The notes under the pieces were generated by a model. That model had not been told where the DNA came from. It did not search any database and was given only the letters and a program-made list of their open reading frames with translations. This document shows, one piece after another, positions 39,562-49,404 of a stretch of DNA of 64,000 bases (positions are counted from its first letter, which is position 1; each line of letters begins with the position of its first letter). Position numbers and translations under genes: made by a program. The DNA is taken from NCBI GenBank assembly GCA_043803945.1, contig JAZDJN010000026.1:1-64000 (forward strand), in the 5' to 3' direction. Source of the DNA: a bacterium (GTDB taxonomy: Bacteria; Bacteroidota; Ignavibacteria; UBA10030).

Positions 39562-40715
39562 ATAGAATCCTTTCATTTATCGGGAAGAAAAACGATTCGT
39601 TTCGATCGAAAATGATCGGCCATGCGGCAGGCATTCTGTTCATGACGATTCTGTTTGGAGTTGTCATCACCTTCGTCGGTACCTCTCGTACAAGGTCAGT
39701 TGAGGCTTCAACGACGATTGATCGCTATCTTAAACTCCAGGATATCGATTTCGGCGATCCAATCGATCGTGTACTGTTCGAGGAAACTCTTGCGAGATTT
39801 TACCCGGGACAATCTGCCCGAAACGACTCACTGATGAATGCCATCACTGAACTAAGGCAGCGGAGATTCGGTGATCCGAGATACAAAACGGGCAGCGATC
39901 TGCAGGGGCTGACTCCAACTGTTATTGCAAACCTGGCCTTTATGGTTCTGCAGTTCCTTGTCGTGTATGGGATCGTGCTCGTCGTACTTTATCTCGCGGC
40001 ACAGCGAATAGCACTCTACAGATTCATCAAGATGAAACAACATCGTGCTTCCTACCTTGCGCAAGTGTATGAACTGGTAATGAAATTCTCATTCTCCTCA
40101 AAGGAGATCCAAGACAAGGGCTGGAGAATTGCAGTATTGCTGGTAAAAGCTGCGGTAAAAGGAGCAGCGCTGGTGCTCCTGTTTTCTCCGGCCTATGTCA
40201 TTGCCTATTCTGTGAAGACATCGGTCGACACCAGTTCCATGCTGTTCATGATCCTTCTGGCGATTATCTCGAATGGCGTTTTAATCCATGCGGCAAATCG
40301 GTTTTTTACGTTTCTGGTTTCAGAGAGCCGCAAAGGCTATGTTCAAACGGCTGTTGTGAAAAATCTTCATGCATCGTACGAGTGGAATACACCCGATGGA
40401 GTTCCATTGCATGTCTTACTGGAAACAAACAAGAACCTGAGATCTCATGTTCTTCACCATATTTATCTCAACGCCCGCTTCCAGTTCTTGCCGACATTAA
40501 AGGAGCATGCGGCGTTCCTGATCACCGGGCTCATCATTATCGAAATGGCGTTGAATATTCAGGGACATCTCTGTTATGAATTACTGCAGCAGATTCTATA
40601 CCGGCAGTATGATGTGGTGGCTCTGATCGTGCTTGGTATTTTCCTTATTATCAAGGCGACAGAAATTGGTGTCGACATCTGGTATGAAAAAGAAAGAAGG
40701 CGGTATGGCTTCTGA
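39552..40715 (+). CDS. Divergent DppB/OppB-like ABC permease
   Basis: ESRKGYVQTAVVKNL (EAA-like loop) and LITGLIIIE...YRQYDVV...IGVDIWY C-terminus. Confidence 0.65.
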   Translation: MPMNRILSFIGKKNDSFRSKMIGHAAGILFMTILFGVVITFVGTSRTRSVEASTTIDRYLKLQDIDFGDPIDRVLFEETLARFYPGQSARNDSLMNAITELRQRRFGDPRYKTGSDLQGLTPTVIANLAFMVLQFLVVYGIVLVVLYLAAQRIALYRFIKMKQHRASYLAQVYELVMKFSFSSKEIQDKGWRIAVLLVKAAVKGAALVLLFSPAYVIAYSVKTSVDTSSMLFMILLAIISNGVLIHAANRFFTFLVSESRKGYVQTAVVKNLHASYEWNTPDGVPLHVLLETNKNLRSHVLHHIYLNARFQFLPTLKEHAAFLITGLIIIEMALNIQGHLCYELLQQILYRQYDVVALIVLGIFLIIKATEIGVDIWYEKERRRYGF

Positions 40716-40724
40716 TGCTAAAAT

Positions 40725-40750
40725 GTAGGACGAGTCACCGACTCGTCCAC
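40725..40750. repeat. GTAG-type REP hairpin
   Basis: GTAGGACGAGTC-ACC-GACTCGTCCAC, 10 nt after a stop codon. Confidence 0.7.
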
Positions 40751-40867
40751 AGTGGGTCTGAGATAATTTATAGGATTGCGCGATCTGCAAGTGTAAGATA
40801 TATTCGATAAGTACTTTTTGGACAACCTAATACGAGATAGTCTGAAAAAGGAATAATCTCTTTGGAA

Positions 40868-41755
40868 ATGTCTGATAGAATGTCGCGAATAAGTATTTGG
40901 TACAGAGATCTCTATCGTCAAAAAGATTTACTCTGGCTCTTAATTTGGCTTGGCGGACTCATGACAATCTGGTTCTGGGACGCACTATTCCTGAATGCAC
41001 CGGCATTTGCAAGGGTTCAGACAGCATTTCTCAACAGCCTTATCACTGGCTTGATGGTGGTAGCGCTCTCTGTGGTACTAGGATGGATAATGGGTGTCGG
41101 GATGCATCTCCTGGAGCGGGGTGAATCGAAAGGCATGTATATCGTTGCTCAGTTTATCACGAACCTTCTTCGTTCAGTTCCACAGATTCTTGTGGTGCTC
41201 ATCGGATATGTTATACTCACCGTGATGCTCGATCAGGAAATTATCCGATCATCATTCGCTCAATTGTTATGGATTGCAGGCACCATTACTCTTGCTGTCT
41301 TTCTCGAGGCAGCAGACACGGTTCGAAGCCGCATCGAGCACTTCCGCTCTTCGGATATGGTGGATGCCATGCTTTGCTGCGGGATCAGCGAGTGGAGAAT
41401 CATCAATGTTGAAATTCTCTGGCGGAACAGCCGCAGCCATCTGCTGCACAAAACGATCGCTCTGTTTGGCGTCTCCATCTTCCTCCAATGCAGTATCGAT
41501 TTTATAATCTCTGTGGGGCTCTCGACGGATGTCAGCCTGAGCAATTTTCCGCTCACACTGGGCAGCCTGCTGGCGAGTCTTGAGAGCAAACAGGATATTC
41601 TTTCCATCAGCAATCTCTTGAGCGATCCCGGATACCTGCCCGTCATTTTTGTCCGCCACCTTCAGGGAGTAAGCATAGCCTTCTCAATTGTGTTCACACT
41701 TCTTTGTCTGTATAAGATAGCGAATGGATTTGTGTGGAGGCATAGGCTTGCATAA
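40868..41755 (+). CDS. Divergent DppC/OppC-like ABC permease
   Basis: NSLITG, LRSVPQIL, VRSRIEHFRSSDMVDAMLCCGISEWRII (EAA-like loop). Confidence 0.7.
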   Translation: MSDRMSRISIWYRDLYRQKDLLWLLIWLGGLMTIWFWDALFLNAPAFARVQTAFLNSLITGLMVVALSVVLGWIMGVGMHLLERGESKGMYIVAQFITNLLRSVPQILVVLIGYVILTVMLDQEIIRSSFAQLLWIAGTITLAVFLEAADTVRSRIEHFRSSDMVDAMLCCGISEWRIINVEILWRNSRSHLLHKTIALFGVSIFLQCSIDFIISVGLSTDVSLSNFPLTLGSLLASLESKQDILSISNLLSDPGYLPVIFVRHLQGVSIAFSIVFTLLCLYKIANGFVWRHRLA

Positions 41756-41756
41756 G

Positions 41757-43265
41757 ATGAACGAGCGAAGCTGCAACATACGAATCAGCTATGGGAAGAG
41801 AGAACTGGTCGCAATTGATGATTTCCGGCTGGCAGAATCGTCCCTTAACGTTCTTCTTGGAGAATCCGGTATCGGAAAGTCTCTCATAGCCCGCGCAATC
41901 GCCGGCCTTCTTGATCCGGATGAACTTGACATTACAATGAACAGAAAACCGTATTCGGACTATCTCCAAAGTTCTGAAGCACAGGAGATTCGCCGGAATG
42001 GCTTTTTCGTATTTCAGGAGCCTTCATCGCATTTGAATCCGTTGATGATGCTGCGTAATCAACTGAATGAGGGAAGCCTCGCTGCAGCACCTGATGATTC
42101 AGCGATGATGGAGCGATTGTGGGGAAAATCATCATCGACACGTTTTCAGGACGTGCTTGATGTCTATCCAAAGCCCTATCGTCCGAGTGGCGGTGAGAAG
42201 CAGCGAATTCTTTCTGCCATGGCATTTAAAAAGATCTCAACACTCCTGGAACACCCGGAAGGTGCACTCTACGTCTTCGATGAACCGACGGGGAATCTCG
42301 ATGATTCATTACGGAATGAGTTCATCGATTTGCTCATTGAGACTCTGCGCCAACGCCGGATAACAGCTCTGCTCATCACTCATGATTATTCGATGATCAA
42401 TCGGTTGACAACAGCCTACCCGGATTTTCAGAAGCAGATAATTTTCAAGGAGTTGGTGTTGAATCGCGGACAATTGAATCTCAGGGCATTTCTTCCTGAG
42501 GAGTATCTGGACTGGCTCGAGTCCCGGAAATCGAAGATGTTGAGGATGGTAAAGAGGGACCCAATTCTCAAGTTCGAATCGGGTGCAAAAATCTTCGGCC
42601 GAAGATTGATGATTTCACGTGATCCCAGGGGCAAGGACCAGGCTCCACTTGAATTGAGGCGCGGTGCAATGACGTATCTGAAAGCCCCAAGCGGTACCGG
42701 CAAAACGACTGTTGTCAAGTTGATGATGGGATTGCTGAAGCCAGAGAAGATGAAAATGTCGCTCAACGGCCGGGAGTATACAGAAAAGAGCTCAAAGAAA
42801 ATATGGCAGCAGCAGCTATGGGGGCGTGAGCTGACCATGGTGTTTCAGCATGCTGATGAAGCGTTGAATCAGAACGCAACTGTGCGGGATGTATTTGCAG
42901 GATTGCCTCTGCCAGCCATGGATGATGAAGCGATCATACGCCTGCTGTCTGAATTTTTCGATGAAGAGGCAGATCGTGAATTCCTCGGCAAACGTGTTGC
43001 TCATCTGAGTGGGGGACAGAAACAGCGGCTGAATCTCCTGCGCTCATTATCGCTCGATACCGATGTTGTCATTCTCGATGAGCCGCTGAACGGCCTTGAT
43101 TTTGCAGGGGCTGTGAAGGTCATTACAAAGATTGAAGAACGCATGTGCGGCGATGGCGGTGCAGCATTTTTAATAATCTCGCATAATGAAGAGATTTTTG
43201 ATGCACTGGTTCCGAAAGACAACCTGTTCTACCTCCGGGCAATCGCGGATAGAAGTCCGTCATAG
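41757..43265 (+). CDS. Fused double-NBD ABC ATPase (DppD/F-like, divergent)
   Basis: GESGIGKS, VFQEP, PSGGEKQR, FDEPT; second NBD APSGTGKT, LSGGQKQR, LDEP, ISH. Confidence 0.88.
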   Translation: MNERSCNIRISYGKRELVAIDDFRLAESSLNVLLGESGIGKSLIARAIAGLLDPDELDITMNRKPYSDYLQSSEAQEIRRNGFFVFQEPSSHLNPLMMLRNQLNEGSLAAAPDDSAMMERLWGKSSSTRFQDVLDVYPKPYRPSGGEKQRILSAMAFKKISTLLEHPEGALYVFDEPTGNLDDSLRNEFIDLLIETLRQRRITALLITHDYSMINRLTTAYPDFQKQIIFKELVLNRGQLNLRAFLPEEYLDWLESRKSKMLRMVKRDPILKFESGAKIFGRRLMISRDPRGKDQAPLELRRGAMTYLKAPSGTGKTTVVKLMMGLLKPEKMKMSLNGREYTEKSSKKIWQQQLWGRELTMVFQHADEALNQNATVRDVFAGLPLPAMDDEAIIRLLSEFFDEEADREFLGKRVAHLSGGQKQRLNLLRSLSLDTDVVILDEPLNGLDFAGAVKVITKIEERMCGDGGAAFLIISHNEEIFDALVPKDNLFYLRAIADRSPS

Positions 43266-43267
43266 AG

Positions 43268-43318
43268 AGAAGTCCGACTTTTAATCATCGATATGACAAA
43301 GAGAAAAGTCGGACTTCT
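43268..43318. repeat. Perfect 15-bp inverted repeat after the ABC operon (REP-like or terminator)
   Basis: AGAAGTCCGACTTTT ... AAAAGTCGGACTTCT. Confidence 0.65.
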
Positions 43319-43508
43319 TCAAAAAACAAACAAGCCCGACATTCCATCTTGCCGGGCTTATGGTTGATGTTGGGATCGCAAGGATCGCCTCTGACATCAA
43401 GCGTACCGAAAGTTACACATCTCTTTTATAATGTCAAGGGGAAGTCTTGCGGAAACTATCCAGATTGACATTGAAATTATTATATACTAAGCTTTATCCC
43501 AGTGGTTC

Positions 43509-43562
43509 TGCGCCAAAGGCGCATGCGCCTTCCACCAATAAGACGGCGGACAAGTCGGCGCA
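43509..43562. repeat. 30-nt double-hairpin mini-element carrying a 24-nt insertion
   Basis: TGCGCC-AAA-GGCGCA TGCGCC-T[24 nt]TC-GGCGCA; homologous to 54495-54524. Confidence 0.7.
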
Positions 43563-43603
43563 AATGGTACATTTCCCGCTCAAACCTTTCTCCGGAGGAG
43601 AAC

Positions 43604-44533
43604 ATGAGAAAGAAAATTCATGCAATCATTCTTTCCTCTCTTTTTCTATCATTCATTTTAATACTTTCTATGGGCGCTCAACAAACTGCTCCATCCCAGA
43701 TTCGGCATATCTCGCCCGAATTGAAACAGCAGGTCGATAAAACCGATTATTCGTCGGTGAAGATCAAGAACATCCCGCTTGCTATGCAGTGCTGGACATT
43801 CAGAAAATTCACCTTCTTTGAAACCCTTGAAAAAGTTAAGGAGCTCGGTATTCACTACATCCAGGCCTATCCCGGCCAGCTATTAGATAATAAAACTCCC
43901 AACGCAAGATTCAGCCATGAAATGACGCTGGAACAAATATCCGAGGTCAAAACGAAATTGAAGGAAACCGGGCTCACTCTGGTGGCGTACGGCGTTTGTG
44001 ATATCGGTGTTACTGAAGCAAGTATGAGGAAAGTCTTCGACTTTGCCAAAGCAATGGGAATCAAAACAATTGTCACAGAACCGGCGAACGACGACTTTAC
44101 ACTGCTTGAACAGATAATTCGCGAATACAACATAGGCATTGCAATTCACAATCATCCTGCTCCATCCAAGTACAATCTCCCGGAAACCGTGTATGTTCAC
44201 GTCAAAGGAAAAGAGAAGCTTATCGGTTCATGCGCCGACAACGGCCACTGGATGCGGGGGATGAACGATCCGCGGGAAGCTTTTAAATTGCTCAAGGGCA
44301 GAATTCTTGATGTCCATCTCAAGGACCGAAGCGGCTTCGGGACTAAAGATATAGAAGATGTCCCCTGGGGACAAGGGAAGGCAATGATCCGCGATCTTCT
44401 GGCGGAACTCACGTTACAGGAATATACCGGCTGCCTGACGATTGAGTATGAAAATGAAAAAGAGGTTGGTAATCCTATTCCAGCAATTCTAAAAAGTATC
44501 GAGTACTGGAAAAGTCTTGTTGATAAAAAGTAG
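43604..44533 (+). CDS. Exported sugar-phosphate isomerase/epimerase-family protein (AP_endonuc_2)
   Basis: GGAGG RBS; signal peptide; QCWTFRKFTFFE, AIHNH, CADNGHW, HLKD, IEYE. Confidence 0.85.
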   Translation: MRKKIHAIILSSLFLSFILILSMGAQQTAPSQIRHISPELKQQVDKTDYSSVKIKNIPLAMQCWTFRKFTFFETLEKVKELGIHYIQAYPGQLLDNKTPNARFSHEMTLEQISEVKTKLKETGLTLVAYGVCDIGVTEASMRKVFDFAKAMGIKTIVTEPANDDFTLLEQIIREYNIGIAIHNHPAPSKYNLPETVYVHVKGKEKLIGSCADNGHWMRGMNDPREAFKLLKGRILDVHLKDRSGFGTKDIEDVPWGQGKAMIRDLLAELTLQEYTGCLTIEYENEKEVGNPIPAILKSIEYWKSLVDKK

Positions 44534-44604
44534 GTGAATTTTTGCCGCTTATCATACAATAAAACCACAAAGGACACAAAGGGATTTTGGAATAATTTCT
44601 TTGT

Positions 44605-44734
44605 GAGGTCGTCTAAAAAAGAAAAATACTAGGGCGTCACGAACCACTTCGTGAGGCAAAATGCGAAAAGTAATAAGATAGTATGTGTCACGGTGTGGAC
44701 CGTGACACCCTTGGTGTATCTTTTAGTCAGCCTA
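44605..44734. mobile_element. MITE-like element (copy B): imperfect terminal inverted repeats around the 87-bp REP doublet
   Basis: AGGTCGTCTAAAA ... TTTTAGTCAGCCT ends; inner doublet 44628-44714. Confidence 0.75.
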
Positions 44735-44771
44735 TGACACGCTCTCGCTAAGCTATGAAAGGAACTCTGAA

Positions 44772-45710
44772 ATGAACAACTCACCCAATAATTCTTCACG
44801 CCGCCGATTTTTCCGTGACGCTGCTCTTGGAGCAACTGCTCTCATGGCCTCCGTTCCTGATCTCTTCGGCAAGGGAAAAACCATCGATCAAGTGAACACG
44901 GGATTTAAGCTGAACTATGCTCCTCCATTTGGTATGTTCGAACAGCTTGCCGGGAAGAATATTATCGACCAGATAAAGTACATTGCCGATCAGGGTTTTC
45001 ATGCGATCTTCGATAATGGTCTTATGAATCGCCCCATTGCAGACCAGGAAGCCATTGCACGCGAAACCGAGCATTTGAAGATGATCATCGGGCCTTTTGT
45101 CGCCTATGCAGATTTCTCCGTGAAGTCGTTTGTTACGCGTGATCCGGCTATTCGCGAGATGCTTGCCGGCAGACTCAAAACAGCGATTGAAACATCTCAG
45201 AGAACCAATGTTAAATCTGCGCTGATGGTCCCGGGAAGGTTTGATGAAAGCCTGGATTGGGACTACCAGACCAATAATGTCATCGAAAATCTCAAGTGGT
45301 GTGCCGGGATCTGTGAACCGGCCGGACTCATAATCGTGATCGAACCGCTGAATCCAAAAAACCATCCGGGTTTGTTTCTAACAAAAATGTCTCAGTCATT
45401 CCAGATTGTCCGTGCAGTAAACAACCCCTGCTGCAAAATTGTGGAGGATATCTACCACCAGCAGATTACCGAAGGAAATATCATTCCCAACATCGATGCA
45501 TGCTGGTCGGAAATTGGCGCATTTCATCTGGGCGATACCCCGGGGCGCAAGGAGCCGGGGACAGGCGAACTTAATTATAAAATGATCTTTAAACACATCG
45601 CTTCCAAGGGATATAAAGGCGTTCTCTGCATGGAGCATGGCAAAAGCCGTTCCGGGAAAGAGGGCGAACAGGCAGTGATTGATTCCTATCGGGCATGCGA
45701 TAATTTCTAA
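44772..45710 (+). CDS. Tat-exported hydroxypyruvate-isomerase-family TIM barrel
   Basis: SRRRFF Tat motif; IEPLN, DIYHQQITEGN, PGRKEPGTGELNY, MEHG. Confidence 0.88.
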   Translation: MNNSPNNSSRRRFFRDAALGATALMASVPDLFGKGKTIDQVNTGFKLNYAPPFGMFEQLAGKNIIDQIKYIADQGFHAIFDNGLMNRPIADQEAIARETEHLKMIIGPFVAYADFSVKSFVTRDPAIREMLAGRLKTAIETSQRTNVKSALMVPGRFDESLDWDYQTNNVIENLKWCAGICEPAGLIIVIEPLNPKNHPGLFLTKMSQSFQIVRAVNNPCCKIVEDIYHQQITEGNIIPNIDACWSEIGAFHLGDTPGRKEPGTGELNYKMIFKHIASKGYKGVLCMEHGKSRSGKEGEQAVIDSYRACDNF

Positions 45711-45720
45711 AGGAGCAACA

Positions 45721-47037
45721 ATGGAACATTTATCTCGAACACTCGAGTCTGGTATGACCAGGCGTAATTTTATCAAAACGACATCGGCAGCATCGCTGGC
45801 AGTGCTTGCATCCAACGCCGCCGTTCTGCATGCAGCAGATGCAGGGAAAATTCGTGTCGGGCTTGTCGGCTGCGGCGGCCGTGGGACGGGAGCGGCAATC
45901 GATTGTGTGACTGCATCGTCCGATGTTGTGATCACCGCGCTCGGCGACCTCTTTCCCGATATGCTTGAATCGTCTCTCAAGCGGCTGAAGGAGAAGGTGA
46001 AGGAAGAAAATCTTGCGGTCACTCCCGAACTCTGTTTCACCGGTTTCGATGCCTATAAGAAAGTCGTCGCAGCGGATGTCGATTTAGTGATTCTTGGTGC
46101 GCCGCCATTCTTCCGGCCTCAGCATCTTCAGGCCGCAGTCGAAGCGGGAAAGCATGTCTTCATGGAGAAACCTGTTGCAGTCGATCCGGCTGGCGTGCGA
46201 TCGGTGATTACCAGTTCAGACATCGCTCAGCAAAAGCGTCTCTCTCTTGTAGCCGGTACACAGCGCCGGCATCAGGCTCACTACCTCGAAGTGATGAAGC
46301 GTATTAAAGGAGGAGACATCGGCGAGGTTGTCGGCGGCCAATGCTACTGGAACATGGGTGCATTGTGGCTCGACCGTGCAGCACAAAACTGGTCGGATCG
46401 CACAAGCAAAAAATGGTCAGACATGGAGTGGCACATCCGGAACTGGCTCTTCACAGTCTGGTGCAGCGGCGATCATATCGTCGAACAGCACGTCCATAAT
46501 CTTGATGTGATGAACTGGGCAATCGGGTCTCATCCGGTGAAGTGCACAGGCATGGGAGGCCGGGCAGCACGGACCGAGCCGATGTTCGGCAATGTATTCG
46601 ATCACTTTACGGTTGAGTATGAATATGCCAACGGGGCACGCATTCTCAGCATGTGCCGCCAAACTGCAGGTGCAACCGATAACGTTTCTGAACGCGTTGT
46701 GGGTACGAAAGGTTTTTCCTACACCGATGGCGCCGATGGCTATATCAAAGGAGCGCAACCGTACGCCACCGAGAAGTCCTCTCCCAATCCCTATGTGCAG
46801 GAACATATTGACCTTCTGGAAAGCATCAGAGCGGGCAAGCCAATTAACGAAGGAAGGCAAGTCGCTGAGAGCACACTGACGGCGATTATGGGAAGGATGA
46901 GCGCATATACAGGGAGATCCCTAAGCTGGGATTGGGTGATGAACGCATCCAAACTTGACCTGACTCCGCCTCACCTCGAATGGAAATCGTTGCCGCCGCT
47001 TGAGGTGGCGATACCGGGGAAAACAGAACTCATATAG
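45721..47037 (+). CDS. Tat-exported Gfo/Idh/MocA oxidoreductase
   Basis: TRRNFIK Tat motif; GLVGCGGRGTGA, FMEKPVA, GTQRRH, GDHIVEQHVHNLD; AAGGAG RBS. Confidence 0.92.
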   Translation: MEHLSRTLESGMTRRNFIKTTSAASLAVLASNAAVLHAADAGKIRVGLVGCGGRGTGAAIDCVTASSDVVITALGDLFPDMLESSLKRLKEKVKEENLAVTPELCFTGFDAYKKVVAADVDLVILGAPPFFRPQHLQAAVEAGKHVFMEKPVAVDPAGVRSVITSSDIAQQKRLSLVAGTQRRHQAHYLEVMKRIKGGDIGEVVGGQCYWNMGALWLDRAAQNWSDRTSKKWSDMEWHIRNWLFTVWCSGDHIVEQHVHNLDVMNWAIGSHPVKCTGMGGRAARTEPMFGNVFDHFTVEYEYANGARILSMCRQTAGATDNVSERVVGTKGFSYTDGADGYIKGAQPYATEKSSPNPYVQEHIDLLESIRAGKPINEGRQVAESTLTAIMGRMSAYTGRSLSWDWVMNASKLDLTPPHLEWKSLPPLEVAIPGKTELI

Positions 47038-47080
47038 AAGAAGATTTTCTCGTTCAACAGTTCTGCTTGCATCTTAATCT

Positions 47081-47315
47081 CGATCCCAAACTCTGTTTGG
47101 GATCGCCCCAAGGCATTTTGAGAAAATAGAAGCAGAGCTTCAAGCGACACGTGCCCAAGCGGATAGGGTGTGTGAAAAATGTATCTCTTTGTTTGGTAAT
47201 CTCACTGAATATGAATATGCATTCCGTTTTTGTAGAATCTGGATCCCAGCTTTCGCTGGGATGACATCTCGATAGAGTTTTCGCACAGTCTGAGAGCTTG
47301 GGAACGGGATGAAAG
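47081..47315. repeat. Palindromic repeat unit (left copy), interrupted by a MITE
   Basis: Hairpin CGATCCCAAAC-TCT-GTTTGGGATCG; 47134-47163 identical to 49507-49536; homology resumes after 47292. Confidence 0.8.
47164..47292. mobile_element. 129-bp MITE-like insertion containing a REP hairpin
   Basis: Ends TAGGGTGTGTGAAAA / TTTTCGCACAGTCTG (imperfect TIR); internal GGATCCCAGC-TTTC-GCTGGGATGAC; absent from the sister repeat at 49536. Confidence 0.7.
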
Positions 47316-47356
47316 GGGAATCCGTATACGTTGTTTGAGGGGAAGACGAGAGACTA

Positions 47357-48958
47357 ATGAGCTTACCAATATTTCGATGGGCACATAGATCTGTTCTGCA
47401 GAAAAAAGAAAAGCATTCTTCCAGTTTGATTCAGGTAATTGCAGACTACCAACATAGGCATCCCTATGCCACAGCAGGTGCATTAGGTTTGCTCGGCGGT
47501 GCAATAATTGCAGGTGGTGTCCATACTTCTGACAACACAATGTATGCTCAGGATGGTAGAAAAGTCTTAAAGAAAGATGCAGGCTCAAGCGCAAACCTGA
47601 CTTTGAAAGTTTATACTTCAGACGATTCAACAGCTGTCCTGAATTACCTTGCAAATCTCAGGAGCGGAACTCAGATAATCAAATCACTGACACCTGCTGC
47701 AGGCTCAAATGCAGTCACATTCACAAACCTTGCAACGCCAGTTGAACAGGTTGGAAATGAAATCCCGACAGGCTATGATTTGATGCAGAACTATCCAAAC
47801 CCTTTCAATCCGTCGACAACAATAAGGTTTGCAATCCCAAAGCAGGGACCTGTTTCAATAAAAGCATACAATGAAGCCGGACAGGAAGTCGGAACTCTTG
47901 TTGACAAAGTATTGGATGCAGGAGTGCACCAGTTTAGCTGGTCGCCAAACACAGCGTCAGGTGTTTATTTTGTCGACATGGTTGCAGGCAACTATCGCGA
48001 AACAATTAAAACAGTTAATCTTGGCAGCGGAAACGGTTCAAGCATAGTCAGCGCTCCAAGCATTGTCGGTTCAGTCCAGCAGCCTCAGGCGTCATTTAAT
48101 GATGTGACTGGTTTCCATGCATCGCTTGGCAAAATTTTGCAGCAGTACGGCATTGATCTAAGCGGGGGCGATCCTCCACTAGTGGCAACTTCTCTCGGAC
48201 TTGATTTAACAAAAGATACAATACTGGTGGTCTATGCAAAAAGGGACCAGAGAAGCATTGGCGGCACCTTAACTGATTATGAAGGCAAGCCAGTGCAGGG
48301 TTATCTGCTCGCAATAAACGCAAATAAAGACACTGCAGTTGCAAAAGCAGATGCAAATGGAAGGTTTGCTCTGAACACAAAAAGATCCTTAGGCGACACA
48401 ATAAAGGCGCAGATATTAAACAAAAATCACCCAGACGGATTCATCAGGACAATTTATGCTCCTGGTGGCCTAGACTTGAATAATCTCACCATAGATGCAA
48501 TCCCATTGCTGGCTGATTCTGTATTCATCGGTCCAGACACTCTTGCTAGCTTTGCATGGGAAGCGAATTTCCAGCCTTGGTCACACAAATACGAAGGATT
48601 GAAAAAAGCCGATTTAAACAATTTGTTTGAAGTAATCTCTAGTACCTCTTGGAAAGGTGGGAAGATCACACCAGATGAGCAACTTTCCATAAAACAGATT
48701 ATAGGACAAGATACTCTGTATAACCCTGCACCAGTGCAAGAAGGATTAAGTGCAAGAGTGGCTCCATCTGAAGTTGGCATTACAAGTAAAATAAAACCAA
48801 GTCAAACGGTCCTCCATAAAAATACTGCAAAAAAAGAAATCCAACCAGCAGATGACTGGTTAATATTAATCGCAGAAAATTATGCACCAAAAACAAGTTT
48901 TTATGTACTTATGAAAATTGGAAATCTTGAGCAGGTTTACAACAGACTGAAGAAATAA
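47357..48958 (+). CDS. Foreign-looking protein with an internal T9SS-CTD-like domain; possibly chimeric at the C-terminus
   Basis: N-terminal TM segment; YDLMQNYPNPFNPSTTIRF...ASGVYF at about aa 135-225; carboxypeptidase-regulatory-like segment; AGR-dominated Arg codons. Confidence 0.65.
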   Translation: MSLPIFRWAHRSVLQKKEKHSSSLIQVIADYQHRHPYATAGALGLLGGAIIAGGVHTSDNTMYAQDGRKVLKKDAGSSANLTLKVYTSDDSTAVLNYLANLRSGTQIIKSLTPAAGSNAVTFTNLATPVEQVGNEIPTGYDLMQNYPNPFNPSTTIRFAIPKQGPVSIKAYNEAGQEVGTLVDKVLDAGVHQFSWSPNTASGVYFVDMVAGNYRETIKTVNLGSGNGSSIVSAPSIVGSVQQPQASFNDVTGFHASLGKILQQYGIDLSGGDPPLVATSLGLDLTKDTILVVYAKRDQRSIGGTLTDYEGKPVQGYLLAINANKDTAVAKADANGRFALNTKRSLGDTIKAQILNKNHPDGFIRTIYAPGGLDLNNLTIDAIPLLADSVFIGPDTLASFAWEANFQPWSHKYEGLKKADLNNLFEVISSTSWKGGKITPDEQLSIKQIIGQDTLYNPAPVQEGLSARVAPSEVGITSKIKPSQTVLHKNTAKKEIQPADDWLILIAENYAPKTSFYVLMKIGNLEQVYNRLKK

Positions 48959-48962
48959 CTTG

Positions 48963-49404
48963 CTAATTCTCTAGCATTAATACAATTTTTGCTATGAACT
49001 TCCTTGCATTTTCAAATATTTCCTTGACCTGCCTTTCAGTATAAGATTTTATCGCAGAGTATCTTGCAATATGGCTTTCCTTTTTTGCCTCTGCAAAATA
49101 CCTTACATATTCCTCCTCAAATATCTTTTGTGATTGGTTCAGTATTTCCAAATCTTCTTTTTCAATTTTGTCAGGAACAAGTAAATGTCCAAGTGCAACC
49201 TGCGCAGCATCGTGGCTTTTTACTTCATAGCCTTTTGATAATATGGCTGCTTTGGCAGCATAAAGCATTGAATAATAGCTGATAACTATCGCCCAATAAT
49301 GCCAGTATAATTTCTCAGGTTGGCTTTCATTCGGTTTTATGTCCTTATGAAAGGCAGCAATCTGTAAGCTGTTTTCAGACTTTTCAAGAAAAAGCTTTAT
49401 CACA
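48963..49404 (-). pseudogene. HEPN-domain protein, 5'-truncated
   Basis: FLEKSENSL, WAIVISYYSMLYAAKAAIL..G.EVKSH, ARY, ARKFI; the ORF's first ~40 codons run through repeat DNA. Confidence 0.72.

Noticed and set aside
48963-49404. Active HEPN-MNT toxin-antitoxin or defence system
   Set aside because: No nucleotidyltransferase partner, 5' truncation, and no clear Rx4-6H motif
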